Assembly (NCBI GenBank): GCA_964016885.1
Contig: OZ024744.1
Span: 85,374,001 to 85,438,000 of the forward strand
Length of the DNA stretch: 64,000 nucleotides
Reading direction: 5' to 3'
From: Eledone cirrhosa
Lineage: Eukaryota
Below the pieces are notes generated by a model. It did no database searches. It was given only the letters and a program-made list of their open reading frames with translations, and was not told where the DNA came from. This document shows, piece after piece, positions 34,215 to 45,783 of the stretch (the first letter of the stretch is position 1; each line of letters starts with the position of its first letter). The translations under genes and the position numbers were made by a program.

Positions 34215-35050
34215 CATCGCCATCACCATCACATATCACCATCACCATTACCATCACCATCACGACACCATCACCACCACCATCACCATCACTATCGCTA
34301 TCATCATCACCTTCACCATCACGATCATCATCACCTTCACCATCACCTTCACCTTCACCATTACCATCACCTTCACCATCACCAACACTATTACGATCAC
34401 CTTCACCTTCACCATCACCATCGCTATCGCTATCGCTATTACCATCACCATCACCATTACCATCACCATCACGACACCTTCACCATCACCATCACCATCA
34501 CCATCACCATCACCATCACCATCACCATCACCACCACCTTCACCATCACGATCATCATCACCTTCACCATCACCTTCACCTTCACCATTACCATCACCAT
34601 CACCATCACCATCGCAATGAACTTCACCATCACCATCACCATCACCATTACCATCACCATCACTATCACCATCACCATGACCATCGCAATGAACTTCACC
34701 ATCACCATCACCATCATCATTACCATCACCATCACCATCACCATCGCAATGAACTTCACCATCACCATCACCATCGCTATCGCCATTACCATCACCATCA
34801 CCATCACCATCACCATCGCAATGAACTTCACCATCACCATCACCACAACCATTACCATCACCATCACCATCACCATGACCATCACCATCACCATCTCCAT
34901 CACCATCGCAATGAACTTCACCATCAACCAAAGCTATCGCCATCACCATCACCATGACTATCACGATCACCATCACCTTCACCATCACGATCACCTTCAA
35001 CATCACCCTCACTCACCATCACCATCACCATCGTTATCGCCATCACCATC
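34215..35050. repeat. (CATCAC)n repeat with GCAATGAACTTCACC subunits
   Basis: Directly visible. Confidence 0.9.
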
Positions 35051-35496
35051 GATACTACATTGAACAAAAGTGTCCACACTCCACACTCCACACACACCAC
35101 ATTCACCATAACTCTCCCTGCGGCAGTACACTCACACACTCCCACCAAAATTATTCCTTTATTTGTTTATTTATTCATTTGTATGTTTTGTGGTCGTGTA
35201 ACTTAGGCTTAGTGGTCGGACATTCACAATTCTAAGCTAATAAAGTACCAGTAATGCACTGGGTATTTGCTGACCTTGTGCCTAACGTAGAAACAATTAT
35301 ATAAGAGAGAATGAAGTAAAAACTCTGCTTTCCAATTTACTCATCCTAAATTGTATTAAAATACAACGCATTCTTTTCTTTTCTATAGAGTTTAGTGACA
35401 GACCAAACTCTTTTTTTTTTAAGAGTATAATGTAGTATTCTAGCCTAAAATATTTCACAGAGAACTCTCGGTTATCGCTATATATATAAATATACA

Positions 35497-35539
<43 letters not shown>

Positions 35540-35540
<1 letters not shown>

Positions 35541-35825
35541 ATATATAAGATCAAAAGATGGTTAAAAGAGTTCCATGTATTTTATTATGCGCATTTCAAA
35601 ACAAATATCATCATGCAATAACATTTGCGTTTTCGTCAGACGAAAACGCAAATGTTATTGCATGATGATATTTGTTTTGAAATGCGCATAATAAAATACA
35701 TGGAACTCTTTTAACCATCTTTTGATCTTATATATTATTTATACTCCAGTCCTACAAACTGTAGAGTGCTTCTTATCCGATATCTACATTGCTTTATTGT
35801 ACTACAATAAAACTCACCTCCTACA
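35540..35825. mobile_element. Perfect fold-back element (~95-bp arms) with degenerate hammerhead plus tail
   Basis: Centre ~35638; right arm has ATGATGA..GAAA-tgcgca-TA-ataa; tail contains gtagagtgctt. Confidence 0.8.
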
Positions 35826-35827
35826 TA

Positions 35828-35882
<55 letters not shown>

Positions 35883-35941
35883 CAAGGCTCTGATACCATC
35901 AACACTATAAACACAGAGCTGGCATATCTAAGAACTGACTA

Positions 35942-35997
35942 ACTGCCTGATGAGGTCATAGCCATTCAATGGCTATCATCGAAATATATATAGCAGT
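35942..35997 (+). ncRNA. Type I hammerhead ribozyme (canonical)
   Basis: actgc-CTGATGA-..atagccat tca atggctat..-GAAA-tatata-TA-gcagt, immediately followed by AATAAA. Confidence 0.85.
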
Positions 35998-36054
35998 GAA
36001 TAAAAGATTATGAGTTCATGCAATTGACTTATGTTTCGTCACTATATATATATA

Positions 36055-36325
36055 TTTTTTTTTTTTTCTAGGGCGGGTAAAATCCCCGAGATCCATGGAC
36101 GAGTTCTCTCCAGCGGTCTCTGTCCCTCATTATCGCTGCCATGTCCTGCGTCTCAAACAGACCAATGTCTGTCCTCAGGGCATCAACATACGTAAACCTT
36201 GGTCTTCCTCTTCCAGTGTGTCCATGTAGGGGCTCCCACAGGAGCATTGAGTGCAATGTCAACTCTGGATGTCGGTGAGCATGTCCCGCTAACCTCAGTC
36301 TCCCCTCTGTGTCACTTTTGAGCTG
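36055..36325 (-). mobile_element. 3' fragment of an RTE-type LINE with poly(A)-like tail
   Basis: RLRLAGH..RH, LLWEPLHG..GRGRPRFTYVD, DR..WR C-terminal motifs. Confidence 0.7.
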
Positions 36326-36359
36326 ACATTTGTATATATATATGTATATATATATATAT

Positions 36360-36748
36360 ATATTAAATAAATGGAAACTATATTTATGAAACCATATTTA
36401 TTCTATTATATATATTTCAAGGGTACCAAAACTTTGGTACGATCTCATCAGATAAAATACAAAGTTTGTTTTATAAATATTGACATAACCAGGAAGAAGA
36501 TCTTAACGGTTCAAGTTTTTCCTGGTTATGTCACTATTTATAAAACAAACTTTGTATTTTATCTGATGAAAGCGTACCAAAGTTTAGGTACCCTTGAAAT
36601 ATATATAATAGAATAAATACGGTTTTATAAATATAGTTTCCATTTATTTAATATTGAATATTATACCCCAGAAAACTGTCGAGTGCTTCGAATCAGTTAT
36701 AAACATTTATATTTGTTGAATTACCAACAAATTAAATATCCCATTTTT

Positions 36749-36750
<2 letters not shown>
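36360..36750. mobile_element. Fold-back hammerhead element, copy 1 of local triplet
   Basis: tattttat-CTGATGA(36563)-..gtacc..ggtac..-GAAA(36596)-tatata-TA-atagaata; inverted arm from 36360. Confidence 0.85.
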
Positions 36751-36810
<60 letters not shown>

Positions 36811-36812
<2 letters not shown>

Positions 36813-37428
36813 CGATATATTAACAAATGGAAACTATATTTATAAAACCTTATTTATTTCATTATACATATTTCAAGGACACCAAGTTAAATTATGGTGT
36901 GCTTTCATCAGATAAAATATAATATAGATCAGTTTTATAAATAAATATTGACATACCCTTAAAAATGCGACCATTTCTGTTGGAAGCTCTATATATGTGT
37001 TTGAAACTTTTCTTTTCTCTTTTTGGTTTTCTTTTTTTTTTCTATTTCTTTTCTTTCCCTTTCTCCATACCCCAACGGCTTATTTTAAATCTACTGTGAT
37101 TTAAACATATCCGACACTAATTTGCATAATAGAATAAATAAATTTAATAACCCCACTATCCGGGAGCTTCCAACAGCAATTGTTGCATTCTTTAAGGGTA
37201 TGTCAATATTTATTTATAAAACTGATCTATATTATATTTTATATGATGAAAGCACACCATAATTTAACTTGGTGTCCTTGAAATATGTATAATGAAATAA
37301 ATATGGTTTTATAAATATGATTTCCATTTGTTAATATATCGTATTTTTACTCCAATAATGTGTTGAGTGCTTTATATCAGTTATAAAAATATTTGCTTGT
37401 TGTATCCCAACAATTTAAATAGAACTTA
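36811..37428. mobile_element. Fold-back hammerhead element, copy 2 (with spacer)
   Basis: Arms ~36811-36988 and ~37163-37342; intact CTGATGA/GAAA on the minus arm; tail contains gttgagtgctt. Confidence 0.82.
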
Positions 37429-37430
37429 TA

Positions 37431-37497
<67 letters not shown>

Positions 37498-37498
37498 C

Positions 37499-37601
<103 letters not shown>

Positions 37602-37654
37602 GTACCGATTGTGTTGTTATTTCTGTTTACCTTTTACTTATATATATATATATA

Positions 37655-38082
37655 AGCAAAGAGATATTTAATTTGTTGGCAATTCAACAAATTTATTCAT
37701 AACAGATTCTAAGCACTGAACAGATTTTCCTGGAGTATAATATCAATGATATTAATAAATGGAAATTATATTTATAAAACCATATTTATTTTATTATATA
37801 TATTTCAAGTGTACCAAAAACTTTGGTACGCCCTCATCAGATAAAATACAAAATTTGTTTTATAAATAGTGACATACTCCAGAAACCAGACCTTATCGGT
37901 TTAGTTTCCGTTTGGATACTGAACTTGAACCGATAAGGTCTGGTTTCTTGGGTATGTCACTATTTATAAAACAAATTTTGTATTTCATCTGATGAGTGCG
38001 TACCAAAGTTTTTGTTACCCTTGAAATATATATAATAAAATAAATATGATTTTATAAATATAGTAGCCATTTATTAATATCA
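37655..38082. mobile_element. Fold-back hammerhead element, copy 3 (tail on the left)
   Basis: Arms ~37748-37901 and ~37928-38082, both with CTGATGA..GAAA-tatata-TA. Confidence 0.82.
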
Positions 38083-38104
38083 TTTATATATATATATATA
38101 TATA

Positions 38105-38590
38105 TTCGTCTGCGACTTCACAAAACTTATCTTTACCGAATTCTTCTTCTTCTTCTTCTTCTTCTTCTTCTTCTTCTTCTTCTTCTTCTTCTTCTTCTTC
38201 TTCTTCTTCTTCTTCTTCTTCTTCTTCTTCTTCTTCTTCTTCTTCTTCTTCCCCCCGTTAGACTTGTGCAAAATTCCTTCCTTGCTCACATTTCAACCAG
38301 GTTTGATGGTCTTTTTTGTCTCTTGTTCACGATTTCACCGAGTTTATATTCATAGAGATCTGGGACTTGTCTATTTCTTCTCACTTTCCGTTGCTTAAAC
38401 CATTTTGTTTGTTACCCTAACGTCCCCTTTATTTACGTGTCCCAACGACTTTTTTTAGCCGTTGTTCGCACCAACCTGAGGTATATGGCCCTTAAAGCGA
38501 TGAAATGCCTGGGACGGTTGGAGGGTCACTGATGAAGGACTTACTTTTTCATATGCACCACCATTTGCAACGCGCAGCCATCATTATTAT

Positions 38591-38592
<2 letters not shown>
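38105..38592 (+). mobile_element. Single-arm copy of the 15551-16215 family with internal (TTC)n expansion
   Basis: Homologous to 15855-16215; (TTC)n at 38141-38251 sits where the other copy has a short ccttcttcc. Confidence 0.8.
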
Positions 38593-38635
<43 letters not shown>

Positions 38636-39359
38636 CATATCAAATAGAAAGTTCCTTGTCACTAATATACTTGGACATCTGAATGGAAAGATAACCATTT
38701 AGCTTGTATTCTCCCAATGTATACTTTGGCATTAGTTTGACTATGCTTATATATGTGTGTGTGATATGTGTGTAACCTAATGTTATGTAACAGGCGGCGC
38801 GGCCTTTCAAAGCACTCAGTACTGTTACGTGGTCCTTCTCGTTTGGGTTGTGTTCCCGAGTGAAGGCGGGTGTGGTGCGCAGAGTGTCTTTGCACATACA
38901 AACTCGCATATCTGACGAGATTTCGAAAAAGAGTCGGTCGCCATGAACTTGATTGTACCCTGAGCTGATCGATATCGAAACCAGTCTAATATACAAATAA
39001 AGTTTGTACTTACGCTGCAAAACTGACTTAGATTCTCCTTAATAAACACACACACACACACACAGACACACACAGACATACACACATACACACACACACA
39101 GACACAGATACACACAAACACACATAGGCACACACACACACACACACACATTATAGTGTCTTAGATGTGGAACATAGTGAGTTGAAAATCTGTGAATCAC
39201 TGACATTATCTAATCAGCTATAAGACAATGATTAGCCCTACGATACTTAGAATATCAAATTCAGAAAGCGAGGCAACTGTACTTAAGATAATTTGGTCAA
39301 AATTCTGAAACATTACAAACTGGGATTTCAAGCTAACTGGTGAAAGCAGCGAATATATT

Positions 39360-39602
39360 TTGTTGTTGTTAGCTCACACCTATGGAGGTTTAGCTGGCCT
39401 CCTCCAAGGTATATCTCGTTGTAGGTGTCTTGGGTGATTTAATGATCGGGATCCCAGTCCTATCATCTCATTTCCACAGCTGATTAAACTGGAGCAACGT
39501 GAAATATGTGTCTTTCTCAAGGAAAAACACATCACCCGGCCTGAGAATTGAACTCACAACCTTTCGATTGCAGGCCCAATGCTCTAACCACTAAGACATA
39601 TG
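39360..39602 (-). mobile_element. tRNA-derived SINE, family B
   Basis: Reverse complement TAGTGGTTAGAGCA (A box)...GAGTTCAATTC (B box), body ..ATTTCACGTTGCTCCAGT.., (CAA)n tail. Confidence 0.7.
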
Positions 39603-39824
39603 AACTGACAATGAACACACAGTTCAATATTAGTTTTAAAATCCCGAAGAGAGAGCGTGAATCATGAAAATAAGGAAAAGCACGGATGACTTTCTGCAAT
39701 TGATAAAGACGAACTAAAAACAATTATTAAAGCGGACTTAAGACAGGTTGTAAAATAGCTAAACCTTGATATTTCAACTTTCAACACTTTTTCAATATTC
39801 GCACCTCCTGTAAAAAAAAAAAGA

Positions 39825-40012
39825 ATGATCGCCAATTTGATATCACCCGTTAAAAGGTAAAAAACATGATCGCCAATTTGATATCGCCCGTTAAAAGGTA
39901 AAAAAAATATGATCGCCATTTTGATATCGCCCGTTAAAAGGTAAAAAAAAATGATCACCAATTTGATATCACCCGTTAAAAGGTAAAATAAATGATCGCC
40001 AATTTGATATCG
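39825..40012. repeat. Minisatellite, five ~41-bp units ATGATCGCCAATTTGATATC(A/G)CCCGTTAAAAGGTAAAAA
   Basis: Directly visible. Confidence 0.9.
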
Positions 40013-40099
40013 AGAGTAATAGAGATAAGCAAAATAATCAATCTTGGACCAACAACCGGTTTATTGGCTTTCGCTTTGAATGATATGCTTTTGCAACCC

Positions 40100-40505
40100 A
40101 CGAACAGGTAATAACAACGAAATAACTGATGCATAAAATAGATTGGGTAGCAAGCAAAGCACCTAGACGTGACAACAGATGCAGACTCTGCGGAATAGAT
40201 ATTGAAGATGTCACGCACATCATATGCAGCTGTCTAAAGATGTCACCACGATACTATCTACCTATGGGACACGATGTACTGGCTAAAATACCATACAGTT
40301 CAATTTGTAGAAAGGTTTATATAAAAAGTGACAATGGTGTGGAAGACATATACATACTCCTTTACTGTTTTACCTGTTCCAGCCATCCGGCTGAGGCAAT
40401 GCTGGGACCCCACGCTTAAACATATACTGGTGGAATATTCCAGCCAACCCAAATCCCAAAGTTATATTGGTTTAGAGAAAAAAGCATGGACAGTAGAGTG
40501 GAAAT
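40100..40505 (+). pseudogene. Old fragment of an RLE-type (R4/NeSL-like) retrotransposon
   Basis: CRLC....EDVTHII.SC CCHC finger followed by YLPMGHD (RHD-like). Confidence 0.6.
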
Positions 40506-40511
40506 CAATAT

Positions 40512-40690
40512 AATTGTTTCTACTTATGGCACAAGGCCAGCAATTATATCAGTGTATTACTGGTGCTTTATTTTATCGACTCCCGTAAGGATGAAAGGTA
40601 AAGTTAACCTCGGCGGGATTTGAACTCAGATCGTAAAGGGGCGTAACTCTATGCTGCAAAGCATGGCGTCCGACCCTCTACTGCCAATTC
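40512..40690 (-). mobile_element. tRNA-derived SINE, family A
   Basis: Homologous to the 1225, 5030 and 6660 copies. Confidence 0.78.
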
Positions 40691-40939
40691 TAAAGATTAG
40701 TGAAAAAGATAACATTTATGCTGAAGTAATTAGGAATCATAAGAATCTCCAACCTGACTTTACCTTCAGATTTGTAACTATGATCAATGAGGCTCTGTTA
40801 CTAACTGCTTCAGTATAAATCTTGAAAAACTAGGCTTGACAGAACCAGAAAGAGCACGGCTACTGTTTTACTGCAAAAAGGAAAGTCACCAGCTAACACA
40901 ATCCTGTATACATTTAATATGTAAACGGAGCAGTTTTGA

Positions 40940-41080
40940 AGGTGCATAGCTTTGTGGTTAGGTTTTTCATTTCAGGATCATCAGGTTATGAGTTCGATTT
41001 CTGACTGTGCATTGTCTCTTAGGCGAACGACACTTTATTTCACGCTACTCCAGTTCACTCAGCTGGAACAAATAAGTTGC
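40940..41080 (+). mobile_element. tRNA-derived SINE, family B (diverged)
   Basis: GTGGTTAG..GAGTTCGATT..ACACTTTATTTCACG..CTCCAGTTCACTCAGCTG, similar to 39360-39602. Confidence 0.6.
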
Positions 41081-41573
41081 CCAAGTGATTCAAAGAGCCA
41101 TCATTGTCACGCATTTTATTAGACTGAATTTCATACAGAACTAGGTTAAGCGTATACGTATTCGTAAAAGGTTTAGACATACGTACGTTAACTTCGCCAG
41201 ACGGCAGCCCCAAAGATCCAACAACTGGAACACTCATCGTAGCTAACGATGGAAGTTCATCAGCAAACGGGTTAGCACAAATATACAAGGATCATGTAAC
41301 TCGTCCCAGGCTGTTAACTAAATTACAGCTATGGATATTAGTTATTTGTTACGATCCAATTCTTTCTTTGCAAGAAGAATTTTACATAATCACAATAGAA
41401 TGACAACTTACGTAAACACAAAACTGTAAGAATGCACTAACATACAAACACACATCTCGTATACACCCGTATGTTTTTGTTACAAACGGTGTGTATGTGT
41501 GTATGTACGTGGTTGTAATTCGATAGAGAGTGATAGATTATATAGATTATTTAAACACCCGAGTACCTATTCA

Positions 41574-41802
41574 CTAACCCTCTAGCATTTAAACCGGCTG
41601 TATCAGGCCAGAATTCTCTCACCTCTTTCGGTTCAAACTGGCTGTAACTGGCAACTCATACTGATGTTAAGGTAATATTCTCAAAACAAGTAATATCAAA
41701 ATCTCACAGATTCGATAGTATGTGAGATAATTATGGGAGGTAAAGCCTTCACCATGTAAATACGATAGTAAATATAGAGTAATGTAAATGCTAAAGGGTT
41801 AA
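41574..41802. mobile_element. piggyBac-like MITE
   Basis: TIRs CCCTCTAGCATTTA / TAAATGCTAAAGGG with CTAA/TTAA flanks. Confidence 0.7.
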
Positions 41803-42128
41803 AGATCTGTCAAATAGATCACGTAGACTTAGAATTACAGTTTGCCTAAAGAAACAGCAGATTATTTTGAGTGGATTTGAACTCGAGATTATCAATGTTA
41901 ACTTAGATCAGTTTAACCGTACACACGTGCATAGACACACACACATTCACACACATACATACTAACGCATATGCACACATACATACACACACATACGCAC
42001 ACATACATACACACATATACACATACACACACATACACACACACAAACAACATTCATTCATGCTCACGTTGATATACACAGTCAACGAAATAAGAGAAAG
42101 TACTCAGTAGGTGTATTGTAAAGTGTAT

Positions 42129-42662
42129 TAAAAGAGGGAGCTTCAAAAAGTTCGTAGAAAAAGGACATAGCTAAAAATCGTATACAGGGATTTTGATCTC
42201 AATGCACCTGTATGTTCTCGTACTAAGATGTCATAACATGTTCTAACATAAACTCACAAATGTATGTTGTAACGCGGTTGCGCCAGTCGAAAGGAAACAC
42301 CTGCTCAAGCAACATGGCCTCCATCTAAACATCAAATACATAGTGAAGCTAAGGTAGAAGAGCAGCTAAGTCAGTGACGCTCTAGAGCAAGTTTATGGGG
42401 ACAATGTCCCAAAGAAATCAACAACCTACAAATGGATGAAAGTCGTTTTAGAAATAGAAGTGATAAGGTTGAAGATGATCCCCAGTTGAAGTTGTAAAAA
42501 AAATCTGTTTTGACATGGTTTAAATTGCATAGCTCTCAGTTTTACACAGATGGACTTGCAGAAGTGTATTGACGTAGATAGAATTTATGTTGAAAAATAA
42601 TCATAACTTAAACCCTTTTTCTAACTCTCCTTTTCCCACGAACTTTTTGATGTACCCTCGTA
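42129..42662 (+). mobile_element. Internally deleted mariner (Hsmar2/irritans-like)
   Basis: TIRs GAGGG..TCAAAAAGTTCGT.GAAAA / TTTTCCCACGAACTTTTTGATGTACCCTCG with TA flanks; remnants NIK..VKL, QVYGDNVPKKS..YKW, VEDDP and C-terminal LQKCID...YVEK*. Confidence 0.8.
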
Positions 42663-44015
42663 TATTTCATTGTATTGTGACGCGAGTTCTGAATTTACGA
42701 AGTGCTGAGGAGATAAATTTATGAGAAAATGTAGGCATCTCAGACGCAGAAAATAACTGCAATAACAGTCAGTTGCAATATAAAATATCTTATCAAAATT
42801 GAGGAAAGACCCTTAGAGACGGAAAAATATTGCCAAATATCGCTACGAAAAATCGAATTCTGTATCTCCCAGATATAAAATTTCACGTTTGCCTTTAATT
42901 TTACAAGTTGCTAACGGAACCATGGCTACATACCATCTATTGAAATATCTTGGCATCACCTTTACTGCAAGACAATATATATTTCTGCAGCAATCGTGCG
43001 CACTTTAAATTTTGTCGTCTTCAAAGTAAGCTATGATCTAAGCCAGAGAAATATTTGACCACAAAAAGTAAACATCACATTTACAGAGCATTCGTTTGCA
43101 AAATCCACCTCAATGGCTGTGAGACATGGCCAATAATAGTAGCGAATTTACGTAAGTTCTGAGTTTTGGACAACGTTTGCCTTGGTCAAACCGTCTGTAT
43201 TCGTGCATTGAGTTTTGTGTCAAACTCAAAATTTCACCGTCGCTGCCGGATTGCTTCCCTCCAACAATTCTTATTCCTACCCTGAAAGTAACTCCGTTGG
43301 ATCAGTCAAATGCTCCGTCTGTCATGAGATAAACTCATTTTTGATGCAGTCAAGATAGATCCAGTGAAGCGGAGAATTGAAAACCTGGATTGCCTCATTC
43401 AAGTCGGATCTGGAGTTTACATTTAGTCTTCGTATATAAGGTTATTGGCGTTGGAAACGTAACTGCTTGACGATATATGCTGCATTGGACGTCTGTAATC
43501 ACCGTATCTGGCCAACGTCTGTTCGCGACGCTGTCTACACCATTACGAAACGAATCTTCAACATGTACTGGCTGGAGTCGGCTCAATCCATCATGAGTGA
43601 ACGCTGACAGAAGTAAGTACACATTCGATCGATTGTCGAAGCCATTTTATTTTACATTAGTTCCCTAATATTATTATTCATAAAAAGATGAAGATTGCAC
43701 AGTCTCGTTTATTTCGTCATCGTTTTGAAAGAAATGCCTTGTATCTATGATTACTATCAATAATAGAAGTATTCATATATAATTAGTTTTGAAGTGTGTC
43801 AAATATTTTGGATTACACTGTCACTGTGACACATAAACTTGTCTTACACAGCAAGATAACTACAACCTCACCGGATATAATATACATAAAGCATACAGCA
43901 GAAACGAAGGAAAAGAATATGAGTTTGGTTCGTGTTAAATAAACAATCTTGGAAAAAATGTTTAAACAAATGTTTCAATTTTGAACGGTAGAAATTCGAA
44001 ATTTTATCAGCATAA

Positions 44016-44096
<81 letters not shown>
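44016..44096. repeat. (TAA)n target microsatellite; further tracts at 45734-45782, 49462-49513 and 54695-54731
   Basis: Directly visible, each at a retrotransposon 3' end. Confidence 0.95.
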
Positions 44097-44097
<1 letters not shown>

Positions 44098-44350
44098 TTT
44101 TCTTTATTAACCACAAGGGTTTACATAAAGTAGACATTAAGGACAGTACGGGACAATACAGGACGGTACAAGTGGGCATTTCTGCGAGTAAAAAACAGAG
44201 GATGTAATAAAATAACAAAGAAAAATTCCCCAATAGGGGGGAGACTTCCGAGGGACATTTGTGGAGAAAGCCCATTAAAAGACCACAGTGACCCTGACCA
44301 CCAGGGCAAGTGCCCTCTCCCAGTTTTCCACCTTTAATTTACAGACACAT
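44097..44350 (-). mobile_element. 3' UTR fragment of an L1-Tx1-type element
   Basis: Homologous to 49514-49776; minus-strand AATAAA next to the (TTA)n tract. Confidence 0.85.
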
Positions 44351-45732
44351 TACGGAATTGAATGCAAGGAATAGGATCAATGCCATAAACACGCTTGCCA
44401 TAACAGTAGTAAACTACAGTTACAATGTCATCAACTGGTCAAGCACAGAGATCCGTAGGCTCGATACAAAAATTCGAAAACTCTTAACCATGCACAGAAT
44501 GCATCACCCTAAGGCAGATATAGATAGAATATATCTCCCTAGGAAAGAAGGAGGACGTGGGTTAATCCAGTTAGACATTGCGTTGAAAACTGCAACAATT
44601 GGATTATCTACATATCTAAGGGAATCACATGATTGGATGATCAAACTCGTTTTGAAACACGAAAGCATCAAAAGATCATATTCCATTACAAAAGATGCAC
44701 AAAGATACAGTAATGGACTACAAATTTCAGAAGTCCCATTTACTGCTGAAATGGAAAACACAGAAAAAGCAAAGCAGGTAAAAGTAACTGCAAAGAAAGA
44801 ACTGCTACAGAAACTGGCTAAGAAATGGCAAGAAAAGCCTCTGTATGTAAAATACCCAGAGCGAGCTAACAATCCTGATGTTGACAAAACTTTAACCCAT
44901 CAGTGGTTGGCATCCTCTGGACTGAAATCGGAGACTGAAGGACTGATTATATCGGCACAAGATCAGTGTCTGCCAACAAAAAATTACCAAGCCAACATAA
45001 TAAAAAATGGGTGCAGCCCATTATGCCGTGTATGCAAAAAACAACCAGAGACCATTGACCATATAATTTCAATGTGCAGTCCTATAGCTCCAACCGAATA
45101 CCTAAACAGGCATGACAGAGCTGCACAATATATACATTGGATAATGTGTAAACATTTTGACCTGCTCCATCAAAAGAATTGGTGGGAGCATCAACCACCT
45201 CCCATACTTGAAAAAGATCACATCGCAATCTTGTGGAACTTTAGCATCCAAACAGACCGAAAAATAGATGCAAATAGACCTGATATAATACTGAAGGACT
45301 TTAAAAAGAGGGTATGCCTGCTAATTGATATGTCTGTCCCAATAGACAAGAATGTATCTATAAAAACATTTGAAAAATTGAGCAAGTATAAGGACCTGGA
45401 GATAGAAATTGGAAAAATGTGGAAATTGAGAACTAAAACAATACCAGTGATTGTAGGCGCTCTGGGAATGATACCTAAGGGGTCTAATGATTACTTATCG
45501 CAGATCCCAGGAAACCCGCGTACAGGAGAAATACAAAAGATAGTACTAATGGGAACTGCCCATATACTAAGGAAGATTCTGTCAATATAAGTACATCACA
45601 AGTCTAAACACTAAAGATGCATGTGTGTGTATGTATGTTTTTTCTTGAACATGGCGGACATTGTTGTCTCTTGAGGTCACTGGTTGTGACTTGGTGATAA
45701 CTCGTATGAACATAAAGCAAGATAAATGCAAC

Positions 45733-45733
<1 letters not shown>
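44351..45733 (+). mobile_element. 5'-truncated R4/Dong-type element, family B
   Basis: GGRGL, AQDQ, CRVC..ETIDHIISMC, RHD, RPDI..D..EKLSKY (RLE); (TAA)n tail. Confidence 0.92.

Positions 45734-45782
<49 letters not shown>

Positions 45783-45783
<1 letters not shown>

Noticed and set aside
28224-34957. 2002-aa poly-Val (-) and 2238-aa poly-Pro (+) ORFs
   Set aside because: Alternative frames of the tandem array; the common unit variants are often non-synonymous in these frames and no other domains are present.
39530-39602. tRNA gene
   Set aside because: A/B boxes are present but there is no full cloverleaf; it continues into a SINE body.
39825-40012. CRISPR-like repeat array
   Set aside because: No unique spacers, no cas genes, and a eukaryotic context.
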